64,000 nucleotides of DNA. Origin: Xylographa opegraphella. Taxonomy: Eukaryota. Both the position numbers and the translations under genes were made by a program. The DNA lies in assembly GCA_022813865.1 (NCBI GenBank), contig JALDZX010000007.1, forward strand, positions 558,001 to 622,000, in the 5' to 3' direction. Numbering within the stretch: position 1 is the first letter of the stretch; each line of letters starts with the position of its first letter. The notes below the pieces were generated by a model that was not told the origin of the DNA, ran no database searches, and was given only the letters and a program-made list of their open reading frames with translations. Positions 49,817 through 63,236 of this stretch are shown piece by piece.

Positions 49817-50883
49817 TTACGAAGTACAATTCTGCTGAAATAAGCCCACGTTCACAGCTACCAGCTGGCCGCCCTGAATTTGTCCATCTACAGGTGCCAA
49901 CAGACCGCCATTGGTACCAATATACAGAACATTCTTATCCATTCGACTTCTGCCAAGTTGGGCAGAGGTGCATCCTTCTAGCACCAAGCTATTCGGTCCT
50001 CCAACCAGGATATCAACTGCTCCACCAGGGCTGTACCTGTACAGACTATTGTCTCCCGCAAGGTAGGCCGTACCATCATCGGCAATGGCGAAATCATCCG
50101 GGATCGTCATGGTTGCTATTATCTCGACCGGACCCGTGGCACTTCCATTGGCACTAATGGCAACGCGGCCGAAAGCGTTGTTGCCAAAGTTGGTGAAGTA
50201 GAGATGATCATTTAGAATATGTATTCCATCCACGCCAAGCGGGATGAGGGTGTTGTTGGTGGTGAAGAGATCATCTTGGATTGCGATTGAGTAGTCTCCC
50301 GTGGTCGTGTCGACTCTCCACACAATTCCTTTTGCTGCATCTGCAAGCAGGACCAAACCGATTTCATTTTCCAAAGTCGCTATACCGTCAGGCAAGACGA
50401 CGTCAGTCAAGTTTGCAATCAAGATTACTGCATTCGGTTGGCCCTTTATGACGGCAGTCAGCATACGTGGTCAACGGTGTGACTTAGGGTTCGACGACGT
50501 ACCAATGTCCAAGCCGCCATATCTACCTTCCACATTTTCGCTGATCCAGGATATGCCTCGCTCGTGGCAAGCGAAACATTGGCCGATGCAACAACGAAGA
50601 CGTCATTCTCGATCTCGGAGATACCCAGAAGTCCCTCTGTTGGCTCGAATTGATGCACGAGCGACGCGACGTGCTCAAAGGGATTGACAAGATATAATGC
50701 GGCTCTGCTGAGTGATGTGCATAGCACTTCACCGTTCTGTCTCACGGCGAGGTTCTCAATCCATGTTCCGTTCTCGAAAGTCCATATAACACCAGCCGCC
50801 GAGTCGTTTGAAAATGGTAGCACTTGTGCTGCTGATGGCGATATCAGGAGCAGGCAAGTAAACAGCAGGTGCACGACAAACAT
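49817..50883 (-). CDS. Secreted six-bladed beta-propeller (SMP-30/gluconolactonase-like)
   Basis: Signal peptide MFVVHLLFTCLLLISPSAAQ, TWIENLAVRQNG, LLADAAKGIVWRVD, GVDGIHI, LYFTN, PDDFAI. One intron near 50500-50445. Confidence 0.8.
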
Positions 50884-51701
50884 GTCGAGGCTCTTGTCTC
50901 AATTGCAGTATGTCACCAGGGAAAGTCCAAGATGGTGATTGGGATAGACCTGCAGTACCAGACCCGTCTTAAAGACTTCTCATCTGGAAGTTGGTACCGT
51001 CATACCGCCTGCCCTCGGGCTGCAGGCTACCGCTTGTTCGGTCGCCATTCGGAAAGATGAATACACCGCTTACGAAGCAAGCGAGAACTGCTGACTTTGG
51101 CTGATGTGCCTAGCCTTGTTTGCTTGGTCGAACCGTTTCGAGTAATGTTTGAGTAAGTTTCTGCAGAACTGTCTCTGTCATGGTTTTTACTTTGGAAAGT
51201 GGATCCGTATCGGCGAAGCGTTTGTTTCTAAGCCGCACTATATCCTGCAGGAACTTGGGGAACTGCGCTATGACAGCACCGTCCGGTATGCAGCGCAGGC
51301 TCCCGGCTTACTGACCGAGTTTATACCATTATTGGTCCAAGATTGGGGAACTCTACATCCGGGTCATAGGTTCGGCATTGAATCCGACATGGCTGCTGTA
51401 CTTTCTTTGTACCTGGATTTCTGCCTAGTCGGTCTTTTAGTGCTGCTTAATGACTGCAGAAGCCAGTTAGCTGATAGCTAGATGCAGCTGAATCAGTCGA
51501 TGATTCAAACAATCGGTCAAGACGAACGCCACTATTGTAACTGGGAACCGTGACTAATCCAGCTCAGGCAAGGCTTTACGCCCAGATTGTCTTGGTAATA
51601 CTTCCGTGGCAGGTCGAAGGGGTATATAATGTGCAGCCCGGTGCCAATCACCCGCACAGCAAGTGTATTGAAGCAATTCGAGAACACAACACCTCGCAAA
51701 G

Positions 51702-52560
51702 ATGATGTCATTCAACTATCTCGTCCCAGCACTGTTCTGGAATGTACGTCCAATTTCTCTTCTTACATCCTTAGAGCGGTAGAGAAACTAACGGCTGAAT
51801 TCAGGCAACCGTACTGCAAGTCGTAAGATTTCCCACGACCATCTCACCCAGAGGTCAAATTGACCAAGTTCGCAGCAAAACCTAGGCAACCTCAGCACAG
51901 GTGGTTCTCAACTGCTCGGTCAAGTTACCAAGGCCAGACTTTATTCTGAGCCAGGTGTATGTTGCCTTGACCAAGCTCAGCTTCCACCAACGCAGATTCT
52001 AAGTGACTGACGACTTTTTTTGGCCAACACGCAGTTTGAACCCTGTTTTAGTGCCGACTTTCTTTATGGCGAAGACTATGTGACCGCGGATCCTGGTGTC
52101 GATGGCATCGCGCGCCCCAATCTGATTGGTGTTGTTGCACCAGACAACGGGGACACGCCATTCATAATGCAGGTGTCTGGCATTCAAGTTGGCACACCGG
52201 TGCTTGACCAGATTACCGGCACAAACACAAGCACTGGCCAAGCTGTACCATATGGAGCTGCTTACTCTGGTATGTATAAGATGCTTCAGTTGCACATCTC
52301 ATAATTTTCTCCCGCATCTTATAGAGGATATCCTTGGCCATAGTCCTCCAGATAATGCTAATGGTTCTTTGCGTTCTATAGTTTGGGTTCCCACCTTCCG
52401 TGGTGGAGGAGCCAAATACGCAAACCTACAGAACAGCATCTTTGTTGCCAGCGAAACTGTAAGCGACAGCCCTGTTCCAGGGGAATTCTTAGTGGGCATG
52501 AAAATTAGCAAAGTGTTCCCTGTGAACACGAGCGTCGTCATTGGACAGGAATTCCCATAA
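51702..52560 (+). CDS. DUF3237-like small beta-barrel protein (5' exons uncertain)
   Basis: FSADFLYGEDYVTAD...VPYGAAYS|VWVPTFRGGGAKYANLQNSIFVASE...MKISKV, with short upstream exons bounded by GT-AG. Confidence 0.55.
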
Positions 52561-53372
52561 GATCAATACCAAACATTCTTCAAGGGCCGCAGATTGCTTT
52601 AATCACAGAGCGCAACAAAGCTTGATCAAGGACATAGGGTATTGATCTTGGACCTGGCCAGCATCCAGAACTGGGAAGATAAATCTTGGATTCTGCGGTG
52701 AAACTGCTTCAAAAGACTTTCACCACCCAACCATTTGTACTTAACTTGTAATACAACAAGTCTATCTTTAAAGTATGGGGATACCTCATCCCTTGTGAAA
52801 TACATGTCTTGTTCCGACATGATTCTCCCAAGAACTTACAACAGTGTCTACCGCTGAAGTCGATACTATCCTTTCTGCTGTACGGAGTTTAACCGATAGG
52901 TTTGTGCCACTACGGCCGATACTGCGGTCTTGGGTGGTGCTTGCCGCCGTCGCCGCCTCCGGAAATATGACCTACATTTGTGGGAGCGCAGAGGGTCTTT
53001 CTTTTTGTAGTCGAGAAAGGGTTTGATCGAGCTCAACGAACACATAGGATAGTATGAAAAGCAAAAACCCAAATAATTGAAGTCTGGTCGTTATGTAATC
53101 GCATTAGTAACCCTTCGCGTGCTGACGGTGCTCCAAAGCTGCTAGGCGGCGGGTAACGCGCTTTCGAGTTTGAGTTTAGCGCTAGTGATTTCATCCTGAC
53201 AAATCAGCTTTCTACAGGATGAATATTGTGGAATAAATTCGTGACTTCAACATAAAACAACGTCGCATCCTGCCCTGACGAAAACTTCATCGAGAACTAT
53301 CAACGGTAAACCGAGAGCGTACGAAAGCCGGATTATAAGCTACTCAGCTCAGCACATTATCTCCAGAACATC

Positions 53373-53805
53373 ATGTCTCGCCATCATCCGTGCGTACTCC
53401 TCAGCATCTGCCTCTTCCAAACAAGACTGACAACACCTGCAGTGACCTCGTAATGTGTCGTAAACAGTCTGGCATCGCCATCGGTCGTCTGTGTGACAAA
53501 TGCGATGGCAAATGCCCCGTCTGCGACAGCTATGTGCGCCCGACAACGCTTGTACGGATATGCGACGAATGCTCTTTTGGCAACTACCAGAACAAATGTG
53601 TCGTCTGTGGTGGCGAGGTATATTCTCCCTAGCGTTATTATCAGTATTCTTTGTTGACCATCATGGTTAGGGCATATCAGACGCATTTTACTGTTTCGAG
53701 TGTACGCGCCTCGAGAAGGATCGTGACGGGTGCCCAAAGATTATCAACTTGGGCTCGTCGAGAACCGATTTGTTCTACCAGAAGAAAAACTTCCGGAACC
53801 ATTAA
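53373..53805 (+). CDS. RDS3: PHF5A/Rds3/Ini1 SF3b splicing factor
   Basis: [39 protein letters not shown]...|[36 protein letters not shown]. Confidence 0.97.
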
Positions 53806-54349
53806 TTTCGGGACGCCTACACCTGTTTCTTCACGTCCATAGGAAATGTGGCAGAGGAGAGATTGCGATCCAGACTAGGTTACACCGGGTCCCACACGAG
53901 CAAGAAGCCGATCGCTCTGCTTTCGACTACGATCTGCAAGCTTACAGCAAGGCCCATAGATTAGTCGTGCGGAGAATTGAAGGATGTCATTTGGAAAGCC
54001 GTGCGGGACTCCTTCAGGATGTTGATATGAGGGATCACTGTGCTCAACCCAATGAAGAGAAACGGGTATGAAGAACGTGTGTCATCTGAACGAAGTCACG
54101 CTTATTCACATTCTAGATGTGATATTGAGGTACTCCTGGTTGCTAATACAGGCGCAACCACAATAGAGGCGTTGTGGCGGTAGGACTAGTTATTGAAAGC
54201 CGGCGGCTGTCATGATCCGAGAGGGTTTCAGCCCTAATGCAATTTCGATAGAACATTAGGGCAGTACCCCTTAAAAAGCGCTATGGTGACCCGCACACAC
54301 TACAACGCCCAATTCAAGCATTGGGATATAAGGATTACTTTTATATTAT

Positions 54350-55809
54350 TCATAGATAGCTAACCTTCACACCCATTCCTACGGTACCCCGTATCTTGTC
54401 CCAACCAAGGCCCGTGATTCTTCCGATCCGGTCCCTCACGTCTCTCCGGCCCAGCGCCACCAGGAAGGCTATTATGAAGACGATCGTCCTGAGTAACATC
54501 ATTGGATTGTTAGACAACGACTGAGCCATTCTCAGAACTAGGTTTTGCAGCGCCGTCAGCAGAGCTATGCCGCGCCCGTACGTCGTGCGAGAGCCCGATT
54601 TTCTTGCAGGTGCGTGGGCACGGGAAGTCGGTGATAGTCGATTGTTAGATTGTGACTGTCTCGTCGCCTTGAGATTACTGGGTCCTGGGAGCTTGCTGGA
54701 AGGGTTCGGAGAAGCCGTATTGTCGATGCCGTAGTCTTTCTCGCTGTCAGACCTCTTAGGTTGCCCCGGTTCTGCTTCTGTTCTTGCCCGCTCTGATTCT
54801 ACCTTCCGCTCCTCGCCAAGTCGGGTCTCTCTTTCGAGCCGTTCGCAAGCGCGACTTTCTTCCTGTTGGCGTAATGATTCCATTTCATGGTGCTCATTCA
54901 TACCTGTCTGTTCCTCCAGAGTCTGCAAGGCCTGCAGAAAAACCTCCCGACGCTCGTCGTCCAGAACTTCACTCATAGTGATAAAATCCTTTGCATATTG
55001 CCACTCCTCGTTACGCGGAAGCACGTGGAGGGTGTATAGTTCCAGTATTTTGATCCGTGAGTTGAGATCTCGAGGCGTGTTTGTTCCGTGGATATGTGAT
55101 GGTCGTGGCGTAAAGTCGATATTCTGCTCGCTTGATTCTATGAAGCGCTCCGACAGGTCAAAGGTAGGATTGTTCGCGGAGGAGAGATAAGTTTCTAGAT
55201 GGTTTTGAGTATGGGTTTGCGAAGGGGAATGCGCCAGGAGCAATGTTGCGCTGTAGGGGACAGAAGTCAGCCCAGGATACGAATCATCTAGGAAGTCGAG
55301 AAAGAAGGCCTGGCTGCTCACAGGTTTGAGACCACATCAGCGTCGACTCTGCCTTCATTTCCTCCATAGCCAATGTTCACGACCTCATCCCATATTGTTC
55401 CATCTCGAGCTTTGGCTAGCAAGTTCCGCCATTCCTTATGGCCAAATACATTTTTCCCTTCCTCAGGCCCAAGCTCAATAATGGCGTTTAATAGACTCAG
55501 ATAAAGGTTCCATACTTTAATTCTAAGACTTTGGTTGGCGCTTGCAATCAAAGCTGATGAGTTGCTGATGTCGCCAGTGGGAGAACCATCTGTTGTCTCG
55601 AGCGAGCTGATAAGGGGCTCGAGAATTTCGAGTGCCTCCAGCAACCTACGCGTGAGAAAGAGGGTGGACGCATGTTTATAGGTCTTCGAGATCACAGAAT
55701 TGATCCTTTTGACCGACGAATTGGAATTGATCGGTCCAAGTACTCGAGACGAGGAATGGGAGTCGTCGATTTGATCAGCGAGGAGTGTGCTGGTGGCGTT
55801 AGAGTACAT
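54350..55809 (-). CDS. PEX26: Peroxin 26-like tail-anchored protein
   Basis: [42 protein letters not shown], a C-terminal TM segment and [17 protein letters not shown]. One intron. Confidence 0.8.
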
Positions 55810-55932
55810 GATGCAGTTCTGAGGGGTGACAAATGAGGACTCAACGATACACGGAGAACAGTTTGAATTGGAGGTTAGGAAGTCTAGTCCACCCTAAGGT
55901 ACAGTATCTATGGCATGGACCTACCTTAGGTA

Positions 55933-55938
55933 CCGAGG
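55933..55938. promoter_or_regulatory. Candidate FarA/FarB (Ctf1) site CCTCGG upstream of PEX26
   Basis: CCGAGG about 125 bp upstream of the PEX26 ATG. Confidence 0.4.
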
Positions 55939-56242
55939 TACCTTACCTTACTTCAGGGCACGCCTTGGCTTCTAACGAATAATGCATTGGCACTAGTCTC
56001 AATAGACTAGATACTGTAAATCCAGATCTCAACGACGTCATTTGTTCACTATGGCGCAGCGCCCCATCGAGCCCCTCGAGAACGAAAACTTGGTTGCGCA
56101 CTCACTACGCTACTAACATACAACTCACAGTTGCGAATTGATTCAGGTAGTTGCATTGAGGAGCTTGCCAACTGGATAACTGTTAGGATACGCATCATCC
56201 ACCGCAGCTTTTTGCCTCAACCCGCCTTCATCCTCTTGGAAA

Positions 56243-57045
56243 ATGCCTCTTTTTGGACGCTCCAAGAACGACAAGCCAACCTCCTCAAACTTAAATCATG
56301 AGCTTCCACCATCACCTCCTACATCTGAAGCCCCCAGCAGCATCAATAGCGGAGCTGGTAGGAACAGCCTGAAGCGCGACGAAAATGGAAATACAGTGAC
56401 CACGACTACGACTACAACGACGACAACGGTAACCGGCGGCTCCCACAGTCAATCCAATCCCAACTTTAACGGAAGCACGGTGAGCTCGAACGATAGTGGA
56501 TATCAAAGTCAACAGTCAAGTGGCTACATGGGTGAAGAGCGCAAGAATGGAGGTTATGATGCGCCGAACATTCCACGACGACACGAGATGAGAGATTACC
56601 AGCAAAGCAATGCTGCGGGATATGTACCCGCCAACCAAAACTTTTCGACACCGATAGGAACAACGGATGGTATCAAGGCCGCGATGCATGGCATACATGT
56701 GGGTCTTTCCATATGAAGCGCGATACTTATCTTTCAAGTGCACCGTCTGGCTTATGGTCTGCGTCGCACATGCTTTATTTGCGATTCGTCGTGATTCCAC
56801 TATTGACTGACTTGACAAAATATTTGTAGGGTGCTGGCGAAGTTCTTCGTGGTACTCTCAACTCAACCGTTGACAGAACAATGAATCAGCCACCAGAGGT
56901 AGTCGCGCAAAATCAAGCTATAGCGAATAATGGAAGACAAGAGATTAGCAACCAGCCAGGCAATAGAATGGCCCATTATGTACGGCGAAGGAGCGGCAAT
57001 GCAGGCTCGCTGCCTGCTGTTGATGAAAGGACGAGGATTATATGA
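56243..57045 (+). CDS. Hypothetical low-complexity fungal protein
   Basis: Exon 1 56243-56698 with a poly-Thr tract, intron 56699-56829, and a junction reading GIKAAMHGIH|GAGEVLRGTLNSTVD. Confidence 0.7.
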
Positions 57046-57559
57046 GAGTACCATTACCCATTTATCTATCGCGTGGCCAGACAGGAGACTCTAAGGCTTT
57101 TCAGGTGGTTTGATTAAGCTGTAGAAGCGTTATTCAGTCAAAAACGTGATTTGTAACATTTGAAACATATAGTCTATCTAGCGTAACATTCTATAGTTGT
57201 TCGACAAACGACAGTAGGTTACTTCAGTACTTCAAGCCCTTTGATAACATTATGATGCTATAGAACTCCCAATTACCGGAAATAGCCACTGTTCGTCCGA
57301 GAAACCTGATCAAAAGATACAATTGCTGCATCGACTGAAACTTCGCATGTTACCAAAGGATTAAGAAAGAACACATCTTGCGGTTTTTGAGATCACCAAG
57401 CGAACATGCTATCCATTCTTCTTGCTTGTGCTCTGAATAACCACCATTAAGTTCACCACGTATCAAATCAAACCAAAGTCACAGTCATAATACGATCTGT
57501 ATTAGATCATCTTAGATAATTGCCGGTTCTGTCAACAATTAAGGCCAGCAGTCACGGGC

Positions 57560-60284
57560 ATGTCGTTGTTGCAGAATGAAGAGTACGTATGGAATGTGTG
57601 TTTGATTGAGATTATTTCAATATTTATGTACTTTTGCCGCGGTGTCCTTTCAGTCAGGATTTATTCTCTGTTAGCATGATAGCGAGACGAAAGGTCTCTG
57701 TGCCACGTATAGGCAAATGATGAAATTATCATCACGCCATTAAATGACGATGCAGCATTTCTCTCTATTAAAACTAGCTGAACGGACTTTAGTTTCCTCA
57801 TATGGCAATTACGGACTTCCTATTTGACCAATATCAAAGATGGGGTCGGGGAGCGCCTCATTAATGTCGATTCTGGAATTCTCAACGACCCGAGCTTCCG
57901 CGCTGCTGGATGGACTGCTAATATTGCAGATATCAAAAGGTGCTATTCGCCACCAATTCCGACAGCAATAACGTCCGATTATTTTTCAGCTCCTATTCGA
58001 TCGGCAGGCTTCGCTCCCACAAGCTTTCCCGATGATGATGAAGAAGGTGGCATGGTCACCGGCCGGAACAGCATTGAAACTGTTGGGCCTGGCCCTGTCG
58101 TCAAGAAGAGACGGCGAAGGGAGCAGCAGGAGGAAGACGATAGCAGTGACCTGAGCGATGAAAGCGATGAGGAGACAGAAGGAGCGCAACGGCAAGGACA
58201 TAGATTCGAGATTTCAATATATTACTGACTTACGTAAAAGTGCTGCCCAACAAATAAAATTTGCCAAGATGCCTGTCCGGGAGCGCGCAGGTTCATCGCC
58301 CATTCGGAGTTTAAGCATTAAAGAAGGCCCAGAGGTTCTGATCACATCCCCTTCGAGGCGTTCAACGGAGGGACGTTTCCAGAGAAGCTCCCTTGGTGCA
58401 GTCGGAGTGATCAAGCAACGAGCCAGAAGGGACACTGTCACCAGCAGCGAGATGTCTTCGGAGAATGAACTAGATCCTTCTCTCTTCCAGAGGAGACAGA
58501 TCAACCATCCACGATCGAACATAAACAGTAATCTACTACAAGCACAGCGCGAAGAAGACGAGGATGAGGATGAGTATGCGGGTGAAGACGTCAGAGAGAC
58601 CTCAGATGATGAATCCGATGATGAATCCGACGACGCCAGCCTCTCCTCAGAATTCGGGGAGACCGCAGACTCGGAATCATTACTTGATTCTATTCGCAAC
58701 CCGCTTACGTCCCCTGCCTTAACAACAGCACCATCTGCAATCACCATCAACCCGCCGTCACCCAGAAAAACAAGGTCAGCACAGAGCAACGCTTTACCTG
58801 CTTTACCTCCTCCTCGGCCTATCAGTACCATTCAGCCTATCAGTGCACTTGGTCAGGCGATTCGAGCCAGACAAGCAAAGCCCAAAAATCCAATAGACAT
58901 TTTTGCACGGCTTTCCGGAAAGGGTGCTCTGGATCCTTTAAATATTCGGATATACGCTCCGTTCTCGGACACACCTGACCAGCCCATCGACATGCCAATA
59001 CAAAGGACTGTTAAAGATAGTGACACTGGAGACACGCCTCAAGTGACGGTGGCTCATGCAATCGGCTTAAGTCTTTGGCGATATCACGAAGAAGGCTATA
59101 AGCCCGCGATTCCTCGGAGCAAATTAGATGTCAATCGATGGACTCTACGAATCGTGGATGATGGAGAAGTTGAGTACGATTTTCCGGCATTGAATCGCAC
59201 AAGCGCTATGGTCGATTTCACGTCCAACAACAATCGTCCTGCACGAGGGAGGTCGAGGTCCAAAGCTTACGATGATTTCGCACTGGTTGAGGCCACCGAC
59301 GCCCAATACCAGGAAAACCGACGAATCACACCAAAGTACAGTAAACAATTCGATGAAATCGTTGAGGAAACCTTTGAGAGTGGACCACAACTGCCAGAAC
59401 GGCAAGAGACTGGTGCTTTGGCAATGGACGAAGCTCCTCTGAATACTACCGTGAACAAGCCGTTTGCGTTTACCACAAGAAAGCAGTCCGCCACGCTGGC
59501 TGACAAGCCTGCCATGCCCACTATACATTCTACTCCGCGTATGGGACCCCCGAAGTTGCTAAAGATCCATTTCACTAGCCTTGAGGCCAATAGTCAGACG
59601 AGCTCCGTCCAAGTAACCACGGATACATATATCGCAGAAGTCCTTGATATGTCTTGTAAAAAGTGGAATCTCGACAAAACTCATCATTTTTTGAAAGTCA
59701 CTGGCACTAACACAATTGCACCTCTTGATCGTACCGTTGAAGCTATTGGCACTCGGACCGACCTTGATCTCATTCGCCGACGCTTCGCATACGAAGGAGC
59801 CATGGGCTTGACCGGGTCCCCGGTCAGTAGCTCACCAAATGCGCCGTTGCTGCTGACTACAGAGACGCCAAAGAAAGGGAAGAAAGGCATATCATCGGTT
59901 CATCCGCTCGCACAAAAACAAGATCTCTGGAGTAACAGTGGTAACTACAAACGGTACACTGTGGTCCGAAAGCAACCGATGTCCTTCACTCCCTCTCACC
60001 AACGTACATTACTCATGGATGGCGATTACATGCACATTCTTCCCGGCGAAACAGGCAAAACATTGTTCGATACAAGTGCCAAGTCAACCACGGTGCCCTT
60101 CAGTATGATTGTTGGATGCAAGATCAGCAGGAGGCATCCGAAGACCTTCAGGGTTATCATATTTAGGGAGCGAGAGACGAAGAGGTACGACTTTGAAGCA
60201 CAAAATATTTCTGAGGCTGCAGAGATTGTCAAGGAGATCCGGAAAGGCATGGAGCCCTTCCATCCCCAGATCGAGGGGTTGTGA
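57560..60284 (+). CDS. SIN1: TORC2 subunit Sin1/Avo1
   Basis: MSLLQNE|DFLIWQLRTSYL, SPPIPTA, CRIM region AIGLSLWRY...NRWTLRIVDDGEVEYDFPALNR, and a PH domain with KRYDFEA. Introns 57583-57792 and 58192-58240. Confidence 0.93.
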
Positions 60285-60742
60285 ATCTGCAGTCACATCA
60301 TGACGGATCTTCAGACTTCTCCGTGTTGTAGACTAGATGCTCGACCCATCAAATTGAGCGTCAAACACTCAACCTGTGCTACATCGTGAATTGTAAGCGC
60401 GGGCAATTTAGGGCCAGCAAGGGTATCAAGCTTCGACCGAGCTGTTGTATATCACCAAAGTTCGCCTAGTCCTTTAACATATCATCCCCAATTCTAGACC
60501 TTTGACTGGTACTTAATACATAATTTTTAGTAAGAATGCAGCCCCCCCTCCCAGCCCACAAGCATGGAACTACGTGACCATGATCTGGGTAAAGCATACC
60601 TGACGTCGTGTCTTACGCTCGACATGCGCCGATTTATCCTCCAATCACATAAAGGGCAAAAGCTCTATAACTTCAAGCACAAGGATATAATAATTTTTTG
60701 GACTGCTAAATCTGCTTCGTGTCTTTATATGTTAAATCAAAA

Positions 60743-61852
60743 ATGGCATCAAGCCGAGATATGCTAACGGAGCGTCTCCTACCCCAAATGAGGCTGAGCA
60801 ACGGCTCGCTGACCGGGCCACCTGCTCCATTGTCTGATAGCCTGGACAACGCTGGTAGTGCGCAAAAGAGGTTTGAGGTCGAAGGCAATGCTATCAGTAC
60901 GTCGGGCCGCATTCTGACCCGAGCCATCTCAATTCAGTCACTGTTCAATGACTTTGTTGATCGATCAAGCATACAGTCACTGGCGGCGCAGGCACTCTGG
61001 CTCTCGAAGCAGCCAGGGCACTGCTCGAACATGGTCTCGCAGGACTAGCATTGCTCGATATCAATCCTTTACAATTAGAGCAGGCTGCCCGACTCTTAAG
61101 AGGTGACTTCCCAACTGCCAATATCATCACCAAGCCAGTGGACGTCACCGATGCTGCCAGTGTAGATAGAGCCACGCAAGAGACGTCGGGAGAACTTGGG
61201 AGCGTAGACATTCTTTGCTGCTTTGCTGGCATCGTCGGCTGCACTCACGCAATTGATATGACGCCGGATGAGTGGAGACGGACCCTCGATATCAACACCA
61301 CAAGCCACTTTCTTTGTGCCCAGACAGCTGCCAAGTATGCGAGAAATTTCGTCAACATCACTTCTATTTAAATCTCGAATAACACAACCTTGTTTCAAGT
61401 TACTAACCTCCCGTGAGTTGGGTAGATGTATGATACGCCAGCAAACGGGCGGATCCATCGTCCTCATCGCCTCCATCTCAGCCCATCGTGTCAACTTTCC
61501 ACAACCACAGGCGGCCTACAACGTCTCTAAATCCGCCGTGGTTCATATGGCTCACTGTTTGGCCGCCGAATGGGCTCGTTATGGTATTCGCGTGAACACG
61601 ATATCGCCCGGCTACATGGACACCGTCTTGAACGAAGGCGCCGGACTCGAGGAAGCGAGAAATATTTGGGCGAGCAGGAATCCTATGGGGAGGATGGGCA
61701 GTCCGCAGGAGTTGACGGGGCCGGTGGTGCTTTTATGTAGTAGGGCCGGGAGTTATTTCAATGGAGCGGATCTTGTCATGGACGGTATGTCAATGTGTTC
61801 CGATCAAGGAGCACCTCACTGACAGGCAGTAGGTGGGGCCACTGTGTTCTAA
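60743..61852 (+). CDS. Short-chain dehydrogenase (D-arabinitol/sorbose reductase-like)
   Basis: VTGGAGTLA, CFAGIV, IASISAH..NFPQPQAAYNVSK (YxxxK), IRVNTISPGYMDT. 3 introns. Confidence 0.9.
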
Positions 61853-62192
61853 GTTCTATGTGATGATGCTGTTTCTATGACCAGGGTGAATGTCGTCTTT
61901 TCAAGTCATCACAGCTCTGCTAACGTGTGCTTTGCTACGATGTTATTGCATTCGACTCCCCTCGCCATAGTGCAAATGCACATCAACCCGAGCTCATGAA
62001 CTGAATGAATCGCTCCGTTGGTCATGGACCACAAGTCTACTACAAGTACAATGTAAACAGTATTGGGTATCATAAAATGCCATATGGCTCAAGCTCATGC
62101 GCCAGTGTAGAGCGTAATCCCTCTTCGGATCATCCATGTGGAGCTTCCAACAGCACCGGACGTTCGAGCAGTAACGCCCTTTGTGAGAAGTC

Positions 62193-63236
62193 CTAGAAAG
62201 TTCCTTGACCCTTCAGTTCTCCCCACATCCGATCCACAATCTGAAAGACCGCCGTCACGCCCTTGAGTGTCCTCTCATCAATCCCTAAAGCTCCGTATCG
62301 TTGCTGGATTTTGTCCGGGTGCCACCGTACCCTTTCAACCTTGAGCACCTTCGTGAAACGGTCCTTATCATCCTTTCCACGATCAAGGTCCTCTGGGGGC
62401 GCTTTCCTCAGGAACTCCTCGATAGCGTCTTTGCCCACATCCCTCATCTGCCCGGACTTCGTCGGCCAGGGAATCATGTTTTCTTTCCACTTCCGCGCGG
62501 CTTTCGAAGACGACTTTGCATCCTGCGTGGCTTGCACCTCCGTCCGTTCTCTCAGAACCTCCCATCCCTTCACGTATCCCTGCCAGGCCGCTCTCCATTC
62601 CTCCAACTCTCTAGCCGGCCCGGTCCTAGCCAGCACCTCGTTCACCATTCTCTCCCACACTTCTCTATCCCCTGCTTTCTTCCACTCCTCTTCCTCCTGG
62701 CTCGCCCCCTTCGTCCGCCTCGGCCTCTTCTTCCCTCTCCCGCCTTCACGCTTTCCCTCGCTCCTCTCTTCTTCCTTCCGCCTCGCCCTCCTTTCCTCTC
62801 TCATTTTCCTCTCCTCGGCCAAGTACGCATGGCTCTTCTCCCACATCTTAGCCCGCACATGCGCGGTGTACTCCTCGTCCGTCATGCGCTCTAGCTCGCC
62901 GTTCTCAGCCTCCGCGTACGGCGAGTAGGTGTGGACAGGTTGTCCATAAACACCTTCCCAGAAAGCGGCCCCTTCATCGTCAGCCATGGCATCGAAGATT
63001 GATTCGCGGAAGGCGGTCTCAGAGTCAAGGCTGGGAATGGAGTGTGCGGGCGGAGAGGGAGGACGGTGGGATCGGTGACGATGGTGGTGATGACGGTGGC
63101 GATGCGAGGACGATTCACGTGAATTGATAGGCTGAAATGAAGAAGAGGCGTACGGCGAAGGCAACCGTGGGCGTTTGAAGCGGAAGGCGGAGGGTTTGCT
63201 TGGTGGGGAGGAGACGTCGCCGCGCAAGGAAGACAT
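62193..63236 (-). CDS. NFKBIL1-like hypothetical protein with C-terminal WHPDK domain
   Basis: 347-aa ORF. AFRESIFDAMADDEGAAFWEGVYGQPVH, MTDEEYTAHVRAKMWEK, IPWP, LKVERVRWHPDK. Confidence 0.75.
   Translation of the reverse strand: MSSLRGDVSSPPSKPSAFRFKRPRLPSPYASSSFQPINSRESSSHRHRHHHHRHRSHRPPSPPAHSIPSLDSETAFRESIFDAMADDEGAAFWEGVYGQPVHTYSPYAEAENGELERMTDEEYTAHVRAKMWEKSHAYLAEERKMREERRARRKEEERSEGKREGGRGKKRPRRTKGASQEEEEWKKAGDREVWERMVNEVLARTGPARELEEWRAAWQGYVKGWEVLRERTEVQATQDAKSSSKAARKWKENMIPWPTKSGQMRDVGKDAIEEFLRKAPPEDLDRGKDDKDRFTKVLKVERVRWHPDKIQQRYGALGIDERTLKGVTAVFQIVDRMWGELKGQGTF

Noticed and set aside
52626..53090. Small ORFs and snR30-like motifs (ATATTTCC, AAACCTAT) on the minus strand
   Set aside because: The motifs are inexact, no H/ACA architecture is evident, and the ORFs are unsupported.
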